This document shows, piece after piece, positions 30,390-39,401 of a stretch of 64,000 bases of DNA (position 1 is the stretch's first letter; each line of letters starts with the position of its first letter). The stretch is from contig OY970173.1 in assembly GCA_963707635.1 (NCBI GenBank), positions 2,368,001-2,432,000 of the forward strand, read 5' to 3'. Below the pieces are notes generated by a model, which worked only from the letters and a program-made list of their open reading frames with translations, searched no databases and was not told where the DNA came from. The stretch is from Candidatus Latescibacterota bacterium (GTDB lineage Bacteria; Krumholzibacteriota; Krumholzibacteriia; WVZY01; JAKEHA01). The translations under genes were made by a program, and so were the position numbers.

Positions 30390-30759
30390 GGTAATCCTCC
30401 TCGCGCTCGCGCTCCGGCTGGCGCAGCGTCGGCTCGACCGTTGCCGGGTCGAGCGCAGGCTCGGCACCCGTCGCGAGCTCGTCGCGCACGATCATGTGCC
30501 GCAGCACGCCTTCGTCAATGCGCAACTGCCGCGCGAGCTCCGCGATGAGCGTGCTGTCGCCGCGAAATCGGTAAAAGAAATAGTGCCCGTCGGGCTGGCG
30601 CATGATCTCGTACGAGAGTCGGCGCTTGCCCCAGGTCTCGACTTTGGTGATGGCACCGCCGCGGCCGGCGATGATATCGACGTACTTGGCCGTGCTTGTC
30701 TTCAGACCGTCGTCCGTGACGGCCGGGTGCAAGATTACGGCGCACTCGTAACTTCTCAC
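30382..30759 (-). CDS. rpsF: 30S ribosomal protein S6
   Basis: (M)[11 protein letters not shown]...[10 protein letters not shown]...VLRHMIV; GGGAGG RBS. Confidence 0.95.
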   Translation of the reverse strand: MRSYECAVILHPAVTDDGLKTSTAKYVDIIAGRGGAITKVETWGKRRLSYEIMRQPDGHYFFYRFRGDSTLIAELARQLRIDEGVLRHMIVRDELATGAEPALDPATVEPTLRQPEREREEDYRG

Positions 30760-30762
30760 AGA

Positions 30763-30820
30763 AACCTCCCTGTGGACATTAGACCCCCGGGCAGCGGCGG
30801 TGACGCCGGTCAAGGGGTAG
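30763..30820 (-). promoter_or_regulatory. Candidate S6:S18 autoregulatory leader
   Basis: CCCCTTGACC...GTCCACAGGGAGG could pair over the RBS and resembles the known rpsF leader layout. Confidence 0.5.
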
Positions 30821-30865
30821 AGAAGCTGCTCTGGTTTTGAGCAAGTATGGGGATGTCAGGCACGC

Positions 30866-30895
30866 ACTATACCCCGGGGGCGGCGGCGCCGTCAA
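30866..30895 (-). promoter_or_regulatory. Putative sigma70 promoter of rpsF-rpsR-rplI
   Basis: TTGACG-N18-TATAGT. Confidence 0.65.
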
Positions 30896-30904
30896 GCCGC
30901 TCGG

Positions 30905-31498
30905 CTACGGGGCCGGCGGCGGCTCGCGCCGGGCGTTGAACCTGCCCATGGCGCGGTCGACCCCGTCGACGATCCAGGCCTCGGCGCACGCGGTCGCCTC
31001 GGCGACCATGTCCGCGACCGCGGGCTCCTCCTCGGGCAGGAACTCGGCGAGAACGAACTCGGCCGCGTCCACCCGCGGCGGCACCGGCCCGATCCCCAGG
31101 CGCAGGCGGGGGAACGCGGTGGTGCCGAGGCGTTCGATGACGGACTTCAGCCCGTTGTGCCCGCCGTCGCTACCGCCGCGCCGCAGGCGAACCTGACCGA
31201 GCGGCAGCGCAATGTCGTCGCAGACCACGAGCAGGCGCTCGGAGGGAATCGTCTCCTCCAGAATCAACGCGGCCAGCGCGTCCCCGGAGAGATTCATGAA
31301 CGTGAGCGGCTCGACCAGCAGGACGTCGCGGCCGGCGACGTTGCCGCGCGCCGTCCGGCGTCTGCGCACCGGCGCCTGCCAGCGCGCGCGACGCGCAGTC
31401 GCGATCGCTTCGACAACCAGGAAGCCCAGGTTGTGGCGGGTGCGGGGGTAACGGTCCCCGGGGTTGCCGAGACCCGCGATGATGAATTCGACCGGCAT
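30905..31498 (-). CDS. pth: Peptidyl-tRNA hydrolase
   Basis: GLGNPG..Y..TRHNLGF, TFMNLSG, GGHNGLKSV, RLRLGIG. Confidence 0.96.
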   Translation of the reverse strand: MPVEFIIAGLGNPGDRYPRTRHNLGFLVVEAIATARRARWQAPVRRRRTARGNVAGRDVLLVEPLTFMNLSGDALAALILEETIPSERLLVVCDDIALPLGQVRLRRGGSDGGHNGLKSVIERLGTTAFPRLRLGIGPVPPRVDAAEFVLAEFLPEEEPAVADMVAEATACAEAWIVDGVDRAMGRFNARREPPPAP

Positions 31499-31516
31499 GC
31501 GCGCTCCTTCCAGCGT

Positions 31517-31560
31517 GAGAAAGCCCCGCGGCGGGACCATCGGGTCGCCGCCGCGAGGCT
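31517..31560 (-). terminator. Putative intrinsic terminator/hairpin after rplY
   Basis: AGCCTCGCGGCGG-loop-CCGCCGCGGGGCT stem followed by TTCT (short U tract). Confidence 0.55.
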
Positions 31561-31591
31561 GTATTCTGCGCACGAAGAATGCGGGTGACCG

Positions 31592-32335
31592 CTAGTCTTT
31601 CTCTTTCGTCTTGGCCTTCGCCTCCGGCTTCGCCTTGCCTTCGGGCTTCGCCTTGCCTTCGGGCTTGGTCTTGCCCTCCGGCTTGGTTTCCGCCTCGGCT
31701 TCCTCTGCCCCTGGCTTGCGGATCAACTCGGGCTCGGCGACCGCTTCGGCCGCGACCGGCGCCGCCACCACTTCCACCGTCGGCGGAATCACCGTCGCGA
31801 GCATGGAGTCAACGTCGTCGAGAAACTCGACCCCCGGGTACACGGCAGCGACATCTTTGATACGCCACGAGTCGTGGATGCGCAGCGTCGCGACGTCGAC
31901 GGTGATGGCGTCCGGTATCTGCGTGGGCAGGCACATGACGCTGACGGTTCGCAACCCGTGTTCGAGGATGCCGCCCTGATCCTTGACACCGGCCGGCGTG
32001 CCCTTCAATTCGACGTGAACGTCGACGCGAATCTTCTCGTCGAGGCGAATCCGCTGGAGATCCACGTGGAGAAGGTGGCCGCTGGCCGGGTGGCGCTGGA
32101 CGTCGCGAATGATCGCGTTGACCGCTCCCCCGCTTCCGACCGTCAGGTCGACGATCGCGCTGTCCGGGTGCTTGCGCAGGATGTTGCGCACGTCCACCTC
32201 GGCGAGCGAAAGCCCCACCGGCGATTCCCGGCGACCGTAGAGCACGGCCGGGATCCGGCCGCCGCCGCGCAGCTTGCGCGCCACGCCCTTGCCCGCCCCG
32301 TCACGCATTTCCGATTGAAGCTGAAAACGTTCCAT
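31592..32335 (-). CDS. rplY: 50S ribosomal protein L25 / Ctc (long form)
   Basis: GKGVARKLR..GRIPAVLYG, DVQRHP...LLHVDL, GTPAGVKDQGG. Confidence 0.95.
   Translation of the reverse strand: MERFQLQSEMRDGAGKGVARKLRGGGRIPAVLYGRRESPVGLSLAEVDVRNILRKHPDSAIVDLTVGSGGAVNAIIRDVQRHPASGHLLHVDLQRIRLDEKIRVDVHVELKGTPAGVKDQGGILEHGLRTVSVMCLPTQIPDAITVDVATLRIHDSWRIKDVAAVYPGVEFLDDVDSMLATVIPPTVEVVAAPVAAEAVAEPELIRKPGAEEAEAETKPEGKTKPEGKAKPEGKAKPEAKAKTKEKD
31613..31687 (-). repeat. 18-bp imperfect tandem repeat (about 4 copies) encoding KPEGK(T/A) in the L25 C-terminus
   Basis: CGCCTTGCCTTCGGGCTT occurs twice exactly, with two degenerate flanking copies. Confidence 0.85.
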
Positions 32336-32351
32336 GATCTCTCACCCTCCG

Positions 32352-33284
32352 CTACACGAACAACGTACTGACCGACTCGTTGTAATGAATCCGCTTGATG
32401 GCCTCCGCGATCAGCCGCGACACATCCAGCACCTTCGCCTTGGGGCACTCCGCGAACCGGTCGAAGGGAAGCGAGTTGGTCACCACGACCTCGCGAATCG
32501 GCGAGTTCATGATGAGCTTGCACGCGTCCCCGGCGAACACGGCGTGGCTCGCGCACGCGATCACGGAGCTGGCGCCTTTTTCCTGCACCGCGCGGGCGGC
32601 CTTCACCAGCGTGCCACCGGTGGTGATCATGTCGTCGAGGATGACGACGTCACGCCCGCGGACGTCGCCGATCACGTTCATGACCTCGACGTTGTCCTTC
32701 TCGGAACGACGCTTGTCCACAATCGCGAGGTCGACGTCCAGCCGCTTGGCGAAGGCGCGGCCGATCTTGGTGCTGCCCACGTCCGGCGATACGATCATCG
32801 GGTGCTTGAGCCCGAGCTGCTTGATGTGCTCGAGCAGCACCGGCGCGGCGAACAGGTTGTCCGCCTGGATGTCGAAGAAGCCCTGGATCTGCGTGCTGTG
32901 CAGGTCGAGGGTGAGAATCCGGTTGGCGCCGGCCACCTCGATCAGCTTGGCCACCAGCTTGGCGGTGATGGGAACGCGCGGCTGGTCCTTGCGGTCCTGG
33001 CGCGCGTAGCCGTAGTACGGAGTCACCACCGTGATCCGCTCGGCGGACGCGAGAAAGCACGCGTCGAGCAGGATCAAAAGCTCCATCAAGTTCTCGGCCG
33101 GCGGCTGCGTCGACTGGACGATGAAGACGTCCACGCCGCGGACGTTTTCGTTGATCTGACACTGGATCTCGCCGTCCGCAAAGCGATCCAGCGTGACGTC
33201 GCACAGCGGCACGCCCAGCTGTTCCGCGACCTTTTCCGCCAGGGGGCGGTTCGCGTTTCCAGCAATCAGCTTCAGTCCATCCAT
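32352..33284 (-). CDS. prs: Ribose-phosphate pyrophosphokinase
   Basis: FADGE, PYYGYARQDRK, DLHSTQIQGFF, SPDVG, DDMITTGGT. Confidence 0.97.
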   Translation of the reverse strand: MDGLKLIAGNANRPLAEKVAEQLGVPLCDVTLDRFADGEIQCQINENVRGVDVFIVQSTQPPAENLMELLILLDACFLASAERITVVTPYYGYARQDRKDQPRVPITAKLVAKLIEVAGANRILTLDLHSTQIQGFFDIQADNLFAAPVLLEHIKQLGLKHPMIVSPDVGSTKIGRAFAKRLDVDLAIVDKRRSEKDNVEVMNVIGDVRGRDVVILDDMITTGGTLVKAARAVQEKGASSVIACASHAVFAGDACKLIMNSPIREVVVTNSLPFDRFAECPKAKVLDVSRLIAEAIKRIHYNESVSTLFV

Positions 33285-33348
33285 GCGCGAAGCTCCAGGC
33301 AACTATGCAATCAGGCGATCCAGTCCGACGGCGCGCCCGCGCCTGCCG

Positions 33349-33423
33349 TGGTTGGGGCGGGAGGATTCGAACCTCCGAATGCTGGGACCAAAACCCAGTG
33401 ACTTGCCGCTTGTCGACGCCCCA
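33349..33423 (-). tRNA. tRNA-Gln (anticodon TTG)
   Basis: TGGGGCGTCGACAAGCGGCAAGTCACTGGGTTTTGGTCCCAGCATTCGGAGGTTCGAATCCTCCCGCCCCAACCA; cloverleaf, U1-A72, encoded CCA. Confidence 0.96.
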
Positions 33424-33477
33424 GGAAAAAAACGAAGGGGAAACCCGCTCTGGAGGATCCCCGAGCCGACGTCTCGT

Positions 33478-33768
33478 CTAGCGCTCGGGGACGTTCGGAG
33501 CCTCTACCCGTGCCCGCTCCTTCTCCCTCCGGTACTCGGCGAGAATGATCCGCTCCATGTCTTCGCGGGCCTCGTTGGTGATCGGGTGGGCGATATCCTG
33601 GTACTCGCCGTCTTTGCGCCGGCGACTCGGCATCGCCACGAACGTCCCGGTCTTGCCTTCGATGATCTTCAGGCCGCGAATGACAAAGCTGTCATCGAGC
33701 GTGATGCTGGCAAAGGCCTTCAGCTTTGCGTCGTCTCGTAGAGACACCCTTACTTCGGTGATCTTCAT
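33478..33768 (-). CDS. spoVG: SpoVG nucleic-acid-binding regulator
   Basis: MKITEVRV...LKAFASITLDDSFVIRGLKIIEG..G.FVAMPSRR..DGEY.DIAHPI. Confidence 0.95.
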   Translation of the reverse strand: MKITEVRVSLRDDAKLKAFASITLDDSFVIRGLKIIEGKTGTFVAMPSRRRKDGEYQDIAHPITNEAREDMERIILAEYRREKERARVEAPNVPER

Positions 33769-33815
33769 CGGGCTCGCCTTCCTTTAACAAGCCGACATTC
33801 GCTTCAAAATACGCG

Positions 33816-34766
33816 CTAGAGAATGTCGATCGCTTGCTTCGCTGGTTTCGCGACGGAGGTGAACAACCCCCTCACCGAGAATCGTCGTGCTGCTTCGCGG
33901 GCCTGGTCCTCGCGCTCAAAAATCGCGAAAACCGCGGACCCGCTTCCGGTCATGGACGCAAAGCAAGGCCGCTCAGCGAGCAACTCCTCGAGCAACCGCG
34001 CCACCATCGGATACGCCGGCATGACAACGCCTTCCAGGGCGTTTCGAAACGGGAGCGCGGATCTCGGAAACCTTGCCAAAACGGAATTGGCCGACCTCAG
34101 GTTAAGTCGGGCCTTGTGGGATGTCAACCGAAAACTCAAGTTGGAGTAAACCCAAGCGGTTGGAATGCTTACCTCCGGCTTTACAATCACGAACACGCCC
34201 CGTTTCAGGGGCTGGAGCGGCACCAAAATCTCCCCCCTGCCCCTCCCCAGCATCGTTCCCCCGAACAGAAAGAACGGGACGTCGCTTCCCAGCCCGGCGG
34301 CGGTCGTGAGCAGGTCCTGCGGGGTGAGCCGCAACCCCATCCCGTGCCCGACCGCGAGCAGAATACCGGCTGCGTTCGAGCTGCCTCCCCCCAGCCCGGC
34401 CCCGGCCGGGATCCGCTTCCGGAGCCGGATGCGCGCGCCGAGGGAGTCGCCGGCCAGCGGCCGCATCGCCACGATGGCCCGATGGCACAGGTTGCGCTCG
34501 TCGGTCGGGATATCGGGGTCGGTGCACGTGATGTCGACGCGACCGTCGCGGGTGAGCTCCACCTCCATCTCGTCGGCGAGGTCGATGCACTGCAGCACGG
34601 TCTCGATTTCGTGGAAGCCGTCCGGGCGTTTCCGAATCACCTCCAGCGAAAGGTTGACCTTGGCGCGCGTGGCCAGGCGCAGGGTCGAGCCGCGGGTCGG
34701 CGCGGGGACGGTGGCGTCGGCGGAGCCAGGGGAGCGTCGGGCGCCCGTGGTGCGCCGCGGGCCCAC
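33816..34766 (-). CDS. ispE: 4-diphosphocytidyl-2-C-methyl-D-erythritol kinase
   Basis: AKVNLSL...RPDGFHE, KRIPAGAGLGGGSSNAA, LGSDVPFF, MTGSGS. Start uncertain. Confidence 0.94.
   Translation of the reverse strand: MGPRRTTGARRSPGSADATVPAPTRGSTLRLATRAKVNLSLEVIRKRPDGFHEIETVLQCIDLADEMEVELTRDGRVDITCTDPDIPTDERNLCHRAIVAMRPLAGDSLGARIRLRKRIPAGAGLGGGSSNAAGILLAVGHGMGLRLTPQDLLTTAAGLGSDVPFFLFGGTMLGRGRGEILVPLQPLKRGVFVIVKPEVSIPTAWVYSNLSFRLTSHKARLNLRSANSVLARFPRSALPFRNALEGVVMPAYPMVARLLEELLAERPCFASMTGSGSAVFAIFEREDQAREAARRFSVRGLFTSVAKPAKQAIDIL
34099..34127 (-). promoter_or_regulatory. Internal sigma70 promoter within ispE (for spoVG-tRNA-Gln-prs-rplY)
   Basis: TTGACA-N17-TAACCT in a locally AT-enriched stretch of the coding sequence. 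Confidence 0.65.
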
Positions 34767-34767
34767 G

Positions 34768-35670
34768 CTAGATTCCCCCGAGAATCGCAATCACCAGTAC
34801 GATCCACGCCAGCACGACCACCAGCAGGAAGCGTTCGTGCAGGAGCAGGTCGGACGGGTTGCCGCCCTTCTGCTTGTTGTACACGAGGTAGAGATAGCGC
34901 ATCACGCCGGTGAGCACCAGCGGCACCGTATACACCATGTTGGTGGTCCCGAACTTCTCCACCGTCTCCGGCCAGATGGTATAAATGGCGTACGCCAGCA
35001 CGGATCCCCCCGCCGTGATCGACACCAGCTGGTCGAGCAGGGCCGGCGAATACTCCTGCAACGATTCGCGGTGGTTGACGGCGTCCTCGAGGGTGAGGAG
35101 TTCGTGACGGCGCTTGCAGAACGCCAGGAACAGCGACAGGAACAGCGTGCAGATCAAGAGCCAGGGTGAAATGGCGATGCCGGGGTCGGCGCCGCGCAGC
35201 GCCTCGACGCCCCCGATCGCGCGCAGCACGAACGAAAGCGATATGCTCACCACGTCGAGCAGCACCAGGCGTTTGAGCCCGAACGAGTACAGCAGGTTGA
35301 GCGCGCAGAACACGCACGCGACGGCGAGGAAACCGCCGCCGAGGGTGTGCGCGAAATAGAGCGCGGCGCTGGCGGCGATCACCGACACCGTCACCGCGGT
35401 CGACTTGCGCAGGCGGCCCGAGGCCAGCGGGCGGTGTTGCTTGGTCGGATGCCGGCGATCCTTCTCGAGATCGGCGATGTCGTTGACAATATAGATGACG
35501 CCCGAGAGGACGCAGTAGATCACGAAGGCTTCGACGGCGCGAACGACCAGCTCGCCCTCGCGAAAATTCCGCGAGAAGATCAGGCCGGCGAACACGACCA
35601 GGTTCTTCGTCCATTGCGCCGGCCGCATCGACGCCAGGACGTAGTAGATCTGCTTCACGGCCGCCGTCAC
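34768..35670 (-). CDS. UbiA-family decaprenyl-phosphate phosphoribosyltransferase-like membrane protein
   Basis: MRPAQWTKN, YIVNDIADLEKDRRHPTKQHRPLASG, FVLRAIGG, KRRHEL. Confidence 0.88.
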   Translation of the reverse strand: MTAAVKQIYYVLASMRPAQWTKNLVVFAGLIFSRNFREGELVVRAVEAFVIYCVLSGVIYIVNDIADLEKDRRHPTKQHRPLASGRLRKSTAVTVSVIAASAALYFAHTLGGGFLAVACVFCALNLLYSFGLKRLVLLDVVSISLSFVLRAIGGVEALRGADPGIAISPWLLICTLFLSLFLAFCKRRHELLTLEDAVNHRESLQEYSPALLDQLVSITAGGSVLAYAIYTIWPETVEKFGTTNMVYTVPLVLTGVMRYLYLVYNKQKGGNPSDLLLHERFLLVVVLAWIVLVIAILGGI

Positions 35671-38387
35671 TCGCGAATGGCCCTTTCGCCCGAACCCGCC
35701 ACCTGGTAGACCTGCCCCGCCACGGCTCGCAACCACTCGTCGCGCTCCGCGCGCGTGGTGTCGACCGGACCGGCGGCCACCAGCCGCCGGAACGGATCCG
35801 CGGCCGGGAACAATGGACTCAAGACGCGGCGCCCGCCCTCGATGCCGCACTCGTCGAGATGCTCGGATGGAAAGACGGGAGCCGCCCCGATGCGCGCGCG
35901 CGCCGGCGCGCGCTGGGCCGGGCCGGCCACGGCCGCCCGGCGCGCCGCCGCCACGTCGATCTCCGCCGCCGGCAGCACCACGTAGATGCCGCGGAAGCCG
36001 CCCGCGGCGACCTCGAGCACCAGGCGCGCCACTTCGCTCTCCAGGACCTCCGCGACGCCGCGGCCGCCCTCGTCCCGGAGACCCGCCGCCGTCAGCACCC
36101 GCGGCACGCGGACCACCGCGCAGGGCTCGGCGCCCGCGCGGTTGAGCACCATCGCCTCCATGATGGCCGCCATCGCGATCGATCGACTGCCGGGCTCCGC
36201 GCTCCCCCATTCGCACACGATGACGAACGGCCGGCCGGCACGGCGCCACACCGCGCGCGCCACCGCGTCGGCCTCGCGCACCAGGTGGTTCCACATGAAG
36301 TCGTCATCGTTGACCCCGCCGGGCGCAATCGCGCTGACCGAATGGATCACGACCTCGGGCGACGCCGCGTCGACGATCGCACCCGCATCGATGGCCAGCG
36401 ATCCGTACGCCCCCACGGCGCCGGCGTCGCCGCGCTCGCCCCCGGGGGCGACCCGGTGCACGACCGGGACCGCGTCGGCGGCTCGAAGCATGGCGACCAG
36501 GGAGGCGCCGACGCTCCCGCCGCCGTGGGTGACGAGTACGCGGCGGCCGCGCAGGGCCGCGGCCACGCGCGGTGAGGTGGCGACCGCCGGCCGTCCGAGC
36601 GCGGACGCGACCCGGTCGAGCACCAGCGCGCGCGGCTCGGAGTCGCCGGCCGTCGAACCGGGCGCACCTTCCAGGGGCACGTGCGCGGCGCGCGCACGGG
36701 CGAGCCACACCATGGCCGCGTCCTCGTCCGAACGGCCCGCCGCGTAGACCAGCGCATCGACCCGGCGCCGGCGGCAGATCTCGGGCAAGTCCGTGCCGGG
36801 TCCGTCGACGGGAATGCCGTGGAGCAGGAGGCCCCGCTTGCGCGGGTCGTCGTCGATGAAGCACACCACCGACTGCTGCGGCCCGCGGCCGCCGATCTCG
36901 CGCGCGAGGCGTTCGCCGTCGTCGCCCGCGCCGATGATGCCCAGGCGGCGCGCGTTTTCGCCGTGGGGCTCGCGCCCGATCTCGTGGAACAGCCGCGTCG
37001 AGAAACGCGCGCCCAGGACCAGCAAGATCAACATGAAATACTCGATCAGGAACAGGGTGCGCGGAAACGCCACGAAGCGATACAGCAGCACCACCGCCGC
37101 CAGGATGATCGCGGAACCGGCGGTCACCGCCTTGATGACGCGAATCACGTCCGAGACGCTGGTGTACCTCCACATGCTGCGGTAGAGGCCGTACTTGAAG
37201 AAGCACGCGCTGCGCACGATCACGACGATGGGGAACGCCCGCAGCACCGCCTTGCCTTCCGCCTCGGTAAACTCGAAGTTCATGCGCAGGAAATACGCGC
37301 CCAGGTAGGCCACCGCAATCGCGATCAGGTCGGTCGCGATCACGAACAGCGCCCGCCGCTCCCAGAACAAACGGTTGCCGCGCTCGAGGGCGCGGATCTT
37401 GAGAATCGCCAGCACGAAGGCGGTCACCCACGCAATACTCACGAACGGGCCGAACAGGGCCCCCGCGCGCACGTAGAGCAGCGCACTCGCCCCGAGCAGC
37501 AGCATGACCAGATACTCGAGGAGGGTCACCTGCTTGTGGTTGAGCCCGAGCTGCAGCAGCCGCTGGTAGTAGTGCATGCGGTGGGGCTGGAACACCGGCT
37601 CACCGCGCGCGAGCCGGTTGACGATGGTGAGCGCGGCGTCCACGTAGAGCGACGCCACCAGCAGCATCGACACGAAAAACGGAATTTCCGGCGTGCCGCT
37701 GTTTCCGGCCACCGCGAGGTAGGCGAAACAGTACCCGAAGAAGGTGCTGCCGCTGTCGCCCATGAACAACCGCGCCGGGGGAAAATTGAACTGGAGAAAC
37801 CCCAGCGCGCCGCCGGCGGCGATGAGCGCGATCACTGCGATCGCCGGCTGACCGACGAAACTGGCGATCAGCGCCAGAAACACGCCGGCGATGAATCCCC
37901 CGCCGGCGGCGAGGCCATCGATACCGTCGATGAAGTTGTAGAAATTCACGCTGGCGATGAAGACGATCGCCGTGAGCGGATACGCGAACCATCCGAAATC
38001 GACGTTACCCGCCACCGGCAGCGTGGCGCGGTGGAGCACGTTTCCCGCCGCGATCGCGATCAGCGCGGCGCCCACCTGCGCGCCGAGCTTGGCCCCGACT
38101 CCGAGCCCCCGCCAGTCGTCCAGGATTCCGGCGGCGAACAGGACCGCGCACCCCCCGGCCAGCGGCAGGAATGCGCGCAGCGGCGGGACCACCAGGCACG
38201 AGACGCCGAAGGTGACGAAGAACGCGCCGACGATGGCGATCCCGCCGAAGCGGAGCTTGGGCGTTTCGTGCGAGCTGCGCTCGTTGGGCATGTCGACGAA
38301 CGCCCGCGCCGGCGGGCGGCGCAACAGCAGCCGCGTGCCGGCGTAGGACATCGCCAGCGCGGAAACGAATGCAAGCATGGCAACCAT
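35667..38387 (-). CDS. Fusion of a WecA/MraY-family polyprenyl-phosphate HexNAc-1-P transferase with a CapD/PglF-like TM and CoA-binding region and a degenerate dehydratase domain
   Basis: PNERSSH..P....GGIA, ILDD, NFYNFIDGIDGL, FMGDSGS, H.YQRL; then GLYRSMWRYTS, IIGAGDDG, FIDDDPRK; then RVLVTHGGGSVG. One continuous 906-aa ORF. Confidence 0.85.
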   Translation of the reverse strand: MVAMLAFVSALAMSYAGTRLLLRRPPARAFVDMPNERSSHETPKLRFGGIAIVGAFFVTFGVSCLVVPPLRAFLPLAGGCAVLFAAGILDDWRGLGVGAKLGAQVGAALIAIAAGNVLHRATLPVAGNVDFGWFAYPLTAIVFIASVNFYNFIDGIDGLAAGGGFIAGVFLALIASFVGQPAIAVIALIAAGGALGFLQFNFPPARLFMGDSGSTFFGYCFAYLAVAGNSGTPEIPFFVSMLLVASLYVDAALTIVNRLARGEPVFQPHRMHYYQRLLQLGLNHKQVTLLEYLVMLLLGASALLYVRAGALFGPFVSIAWVTAFVLAILKIRALERGNRLFWERRALFVIATDLIAIAVAYLGAYFLRMNFEFTEAEGKAVLRAFPIVVIVRSACFFKYGLYRSMWRYTSVSDVIRVIKAVTAGSAIILAAVVLLYRFVAFPRTLFLIEYFMLILLVLGARFSTRLFHEIGREPHGENARRLGIIGAGDDGERLAREIGGRGPQQSVVCFIDDDPRKRGLLLHGIPVDGPGTDLPEICRRRRVDALVYAAGRSDEDAAMVWLARARAAHVPLEGAPGSTAGDSEPRALVLDRVASALGRPAVATSPRVAAALRGRRVLVTHGGGSVGASLVAMLRAADAVPVVHRVAPGGERGDAGAVGAYGSLAIDAGAIVDAASPEVVIHSVSAIAPGGVNDDDFMWNHLVREADAVARAVWRRAGRPFVIVCEWGSAEPGSRSIAMAAIMEAMVLNRAGAEPCAVVRVPRVLTAAGLRDEGGRGVAEVLESEVARLVLEVAAGGFRGIYVVLPAAEIDVAAARRAAVAGPAQRAPARARIGAAPVFPSEHLDECGIEGGRRVLSPLFPAADPFRRLVAAGPVDTTRAERDEWLRAVAGQVYQVAGSGERAIRE

Positions 38388-38426
38388 GGGATCGACCTCA
38401 AAGAATAGGGGCGCGGCGGTATCCGC

Positions 38427-39401
38427 TCAAGCAGTATCGCGCTCGGTTCGCAGCGCGGCGACGATCGCGGGGAGCGTCCCTTCGAGGCCGTGACGCGGTG
38501 CAAAGCCGAGCTCACGGACGATTGTCTCGGCGGCGTACTCGGCGCTGCCGAACAACTTCCGGTAGGCCGCGCGATCGAACGGCGCGCGTCGCCCGGTAGC
38601 CGCCCCCACCGCGTCGCCCACGCGCGCCAGGGCGCGAAACACCGCGTCGGGCACGACGGCGCGCGGCGGCCGCCGCCCGAGCGCGGCGCGCGTCCAGGCG
38701 CAGATCTCGTGCGTGGAATACGCGCGGCCGTCCGTCACCGTGTAGGTGCGACCCGCCGCGCGCGGGCTCTCCGCAACGAGCACCAGCGCCGCGACGGCAT
38801 CGTCGACGTGGAGCATCGAGCGTCGATTGGCGACCGGCGCAATGGCGGGAAATCGGCGTGCGGTGATCGCCTCCACCATTCGCGCCAGATTGCCGGGCAT
38901 CCCCGGGCCGTAGAGGAGCGGGAGGCGGAGCACCACCGGTTCCGCCATGAGTTCGCGCACGAGCGCTTCCGCGGCCAGCTTGCTCCTCCCGTACGCCGAG
39001 GAAGGCGCCGGCGTCTCGTCTTCCTCGACACGCCGTTCGTCCGCATCCGCGAACACGGCCACGCTACTCGCGAACACGAGCCGCCGCACCCCCGCCGCGC
39101 GCGCCGCCGCGCACAGTCGCCGCGTCCCCTCGACGTTGACCGCTGCATACACGCGATCGTCGGCGAGCGCCGCGTCGTGGCGGTGCGCGGTGCCGGCGAG
39201 GTGGAGCACGGCGTCGATGTCCTGCAGCAGTGCCGCGGGCAGCGGTTCCCCGGCCAGGTCCGCGGGGATCGTGTCGTGCCACGGCCCGCTCTCCGGCAGG
39301 CTGCGCGCCGTCGCGCGCACGAACCCCCGCGGGTAGAGCGCGGCGCACGCGCGCTGACCCAGGAAACCGGTCGCGCCGGTGACCAGAAAACGCGCCGTCA
39401 C
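38427..39401 (-). CDS. NAD-dependent epimerase/dehydratase
   Basis: LVTGATGFLG, HLAG.AH, ASSVAV, YGRSK, LRLPLLYGPG. Confidence 0.9.
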   Translation of the reverse strand: MTARFLVTGATGFLGQRACAALYPRGFVRATARSLPESGPWHDTIPADLAGEPLPAALLQDIDAVLHLAGTAHRHDAALADDRVYAAVNVEGTRRLCAAARAAGVRRLVFASSVAVFADADERRVEEDETPAPSSAYGRSKLAAEALVRELMAEPVVLRLPLLYGPGMPGNLARMVEAITARRFPAIAPVANRRSMLHVDDAVAALVLVAESPRAAGRTYTVTDGRAYSTHEICAWTRAALGRRPPRAVVPDAVFRALARVGDAVGAATGRRAPFDRAAYRKLFGSAEYAAETIVRELGFAPRHGLEGTLPAIVAALRTERDTA

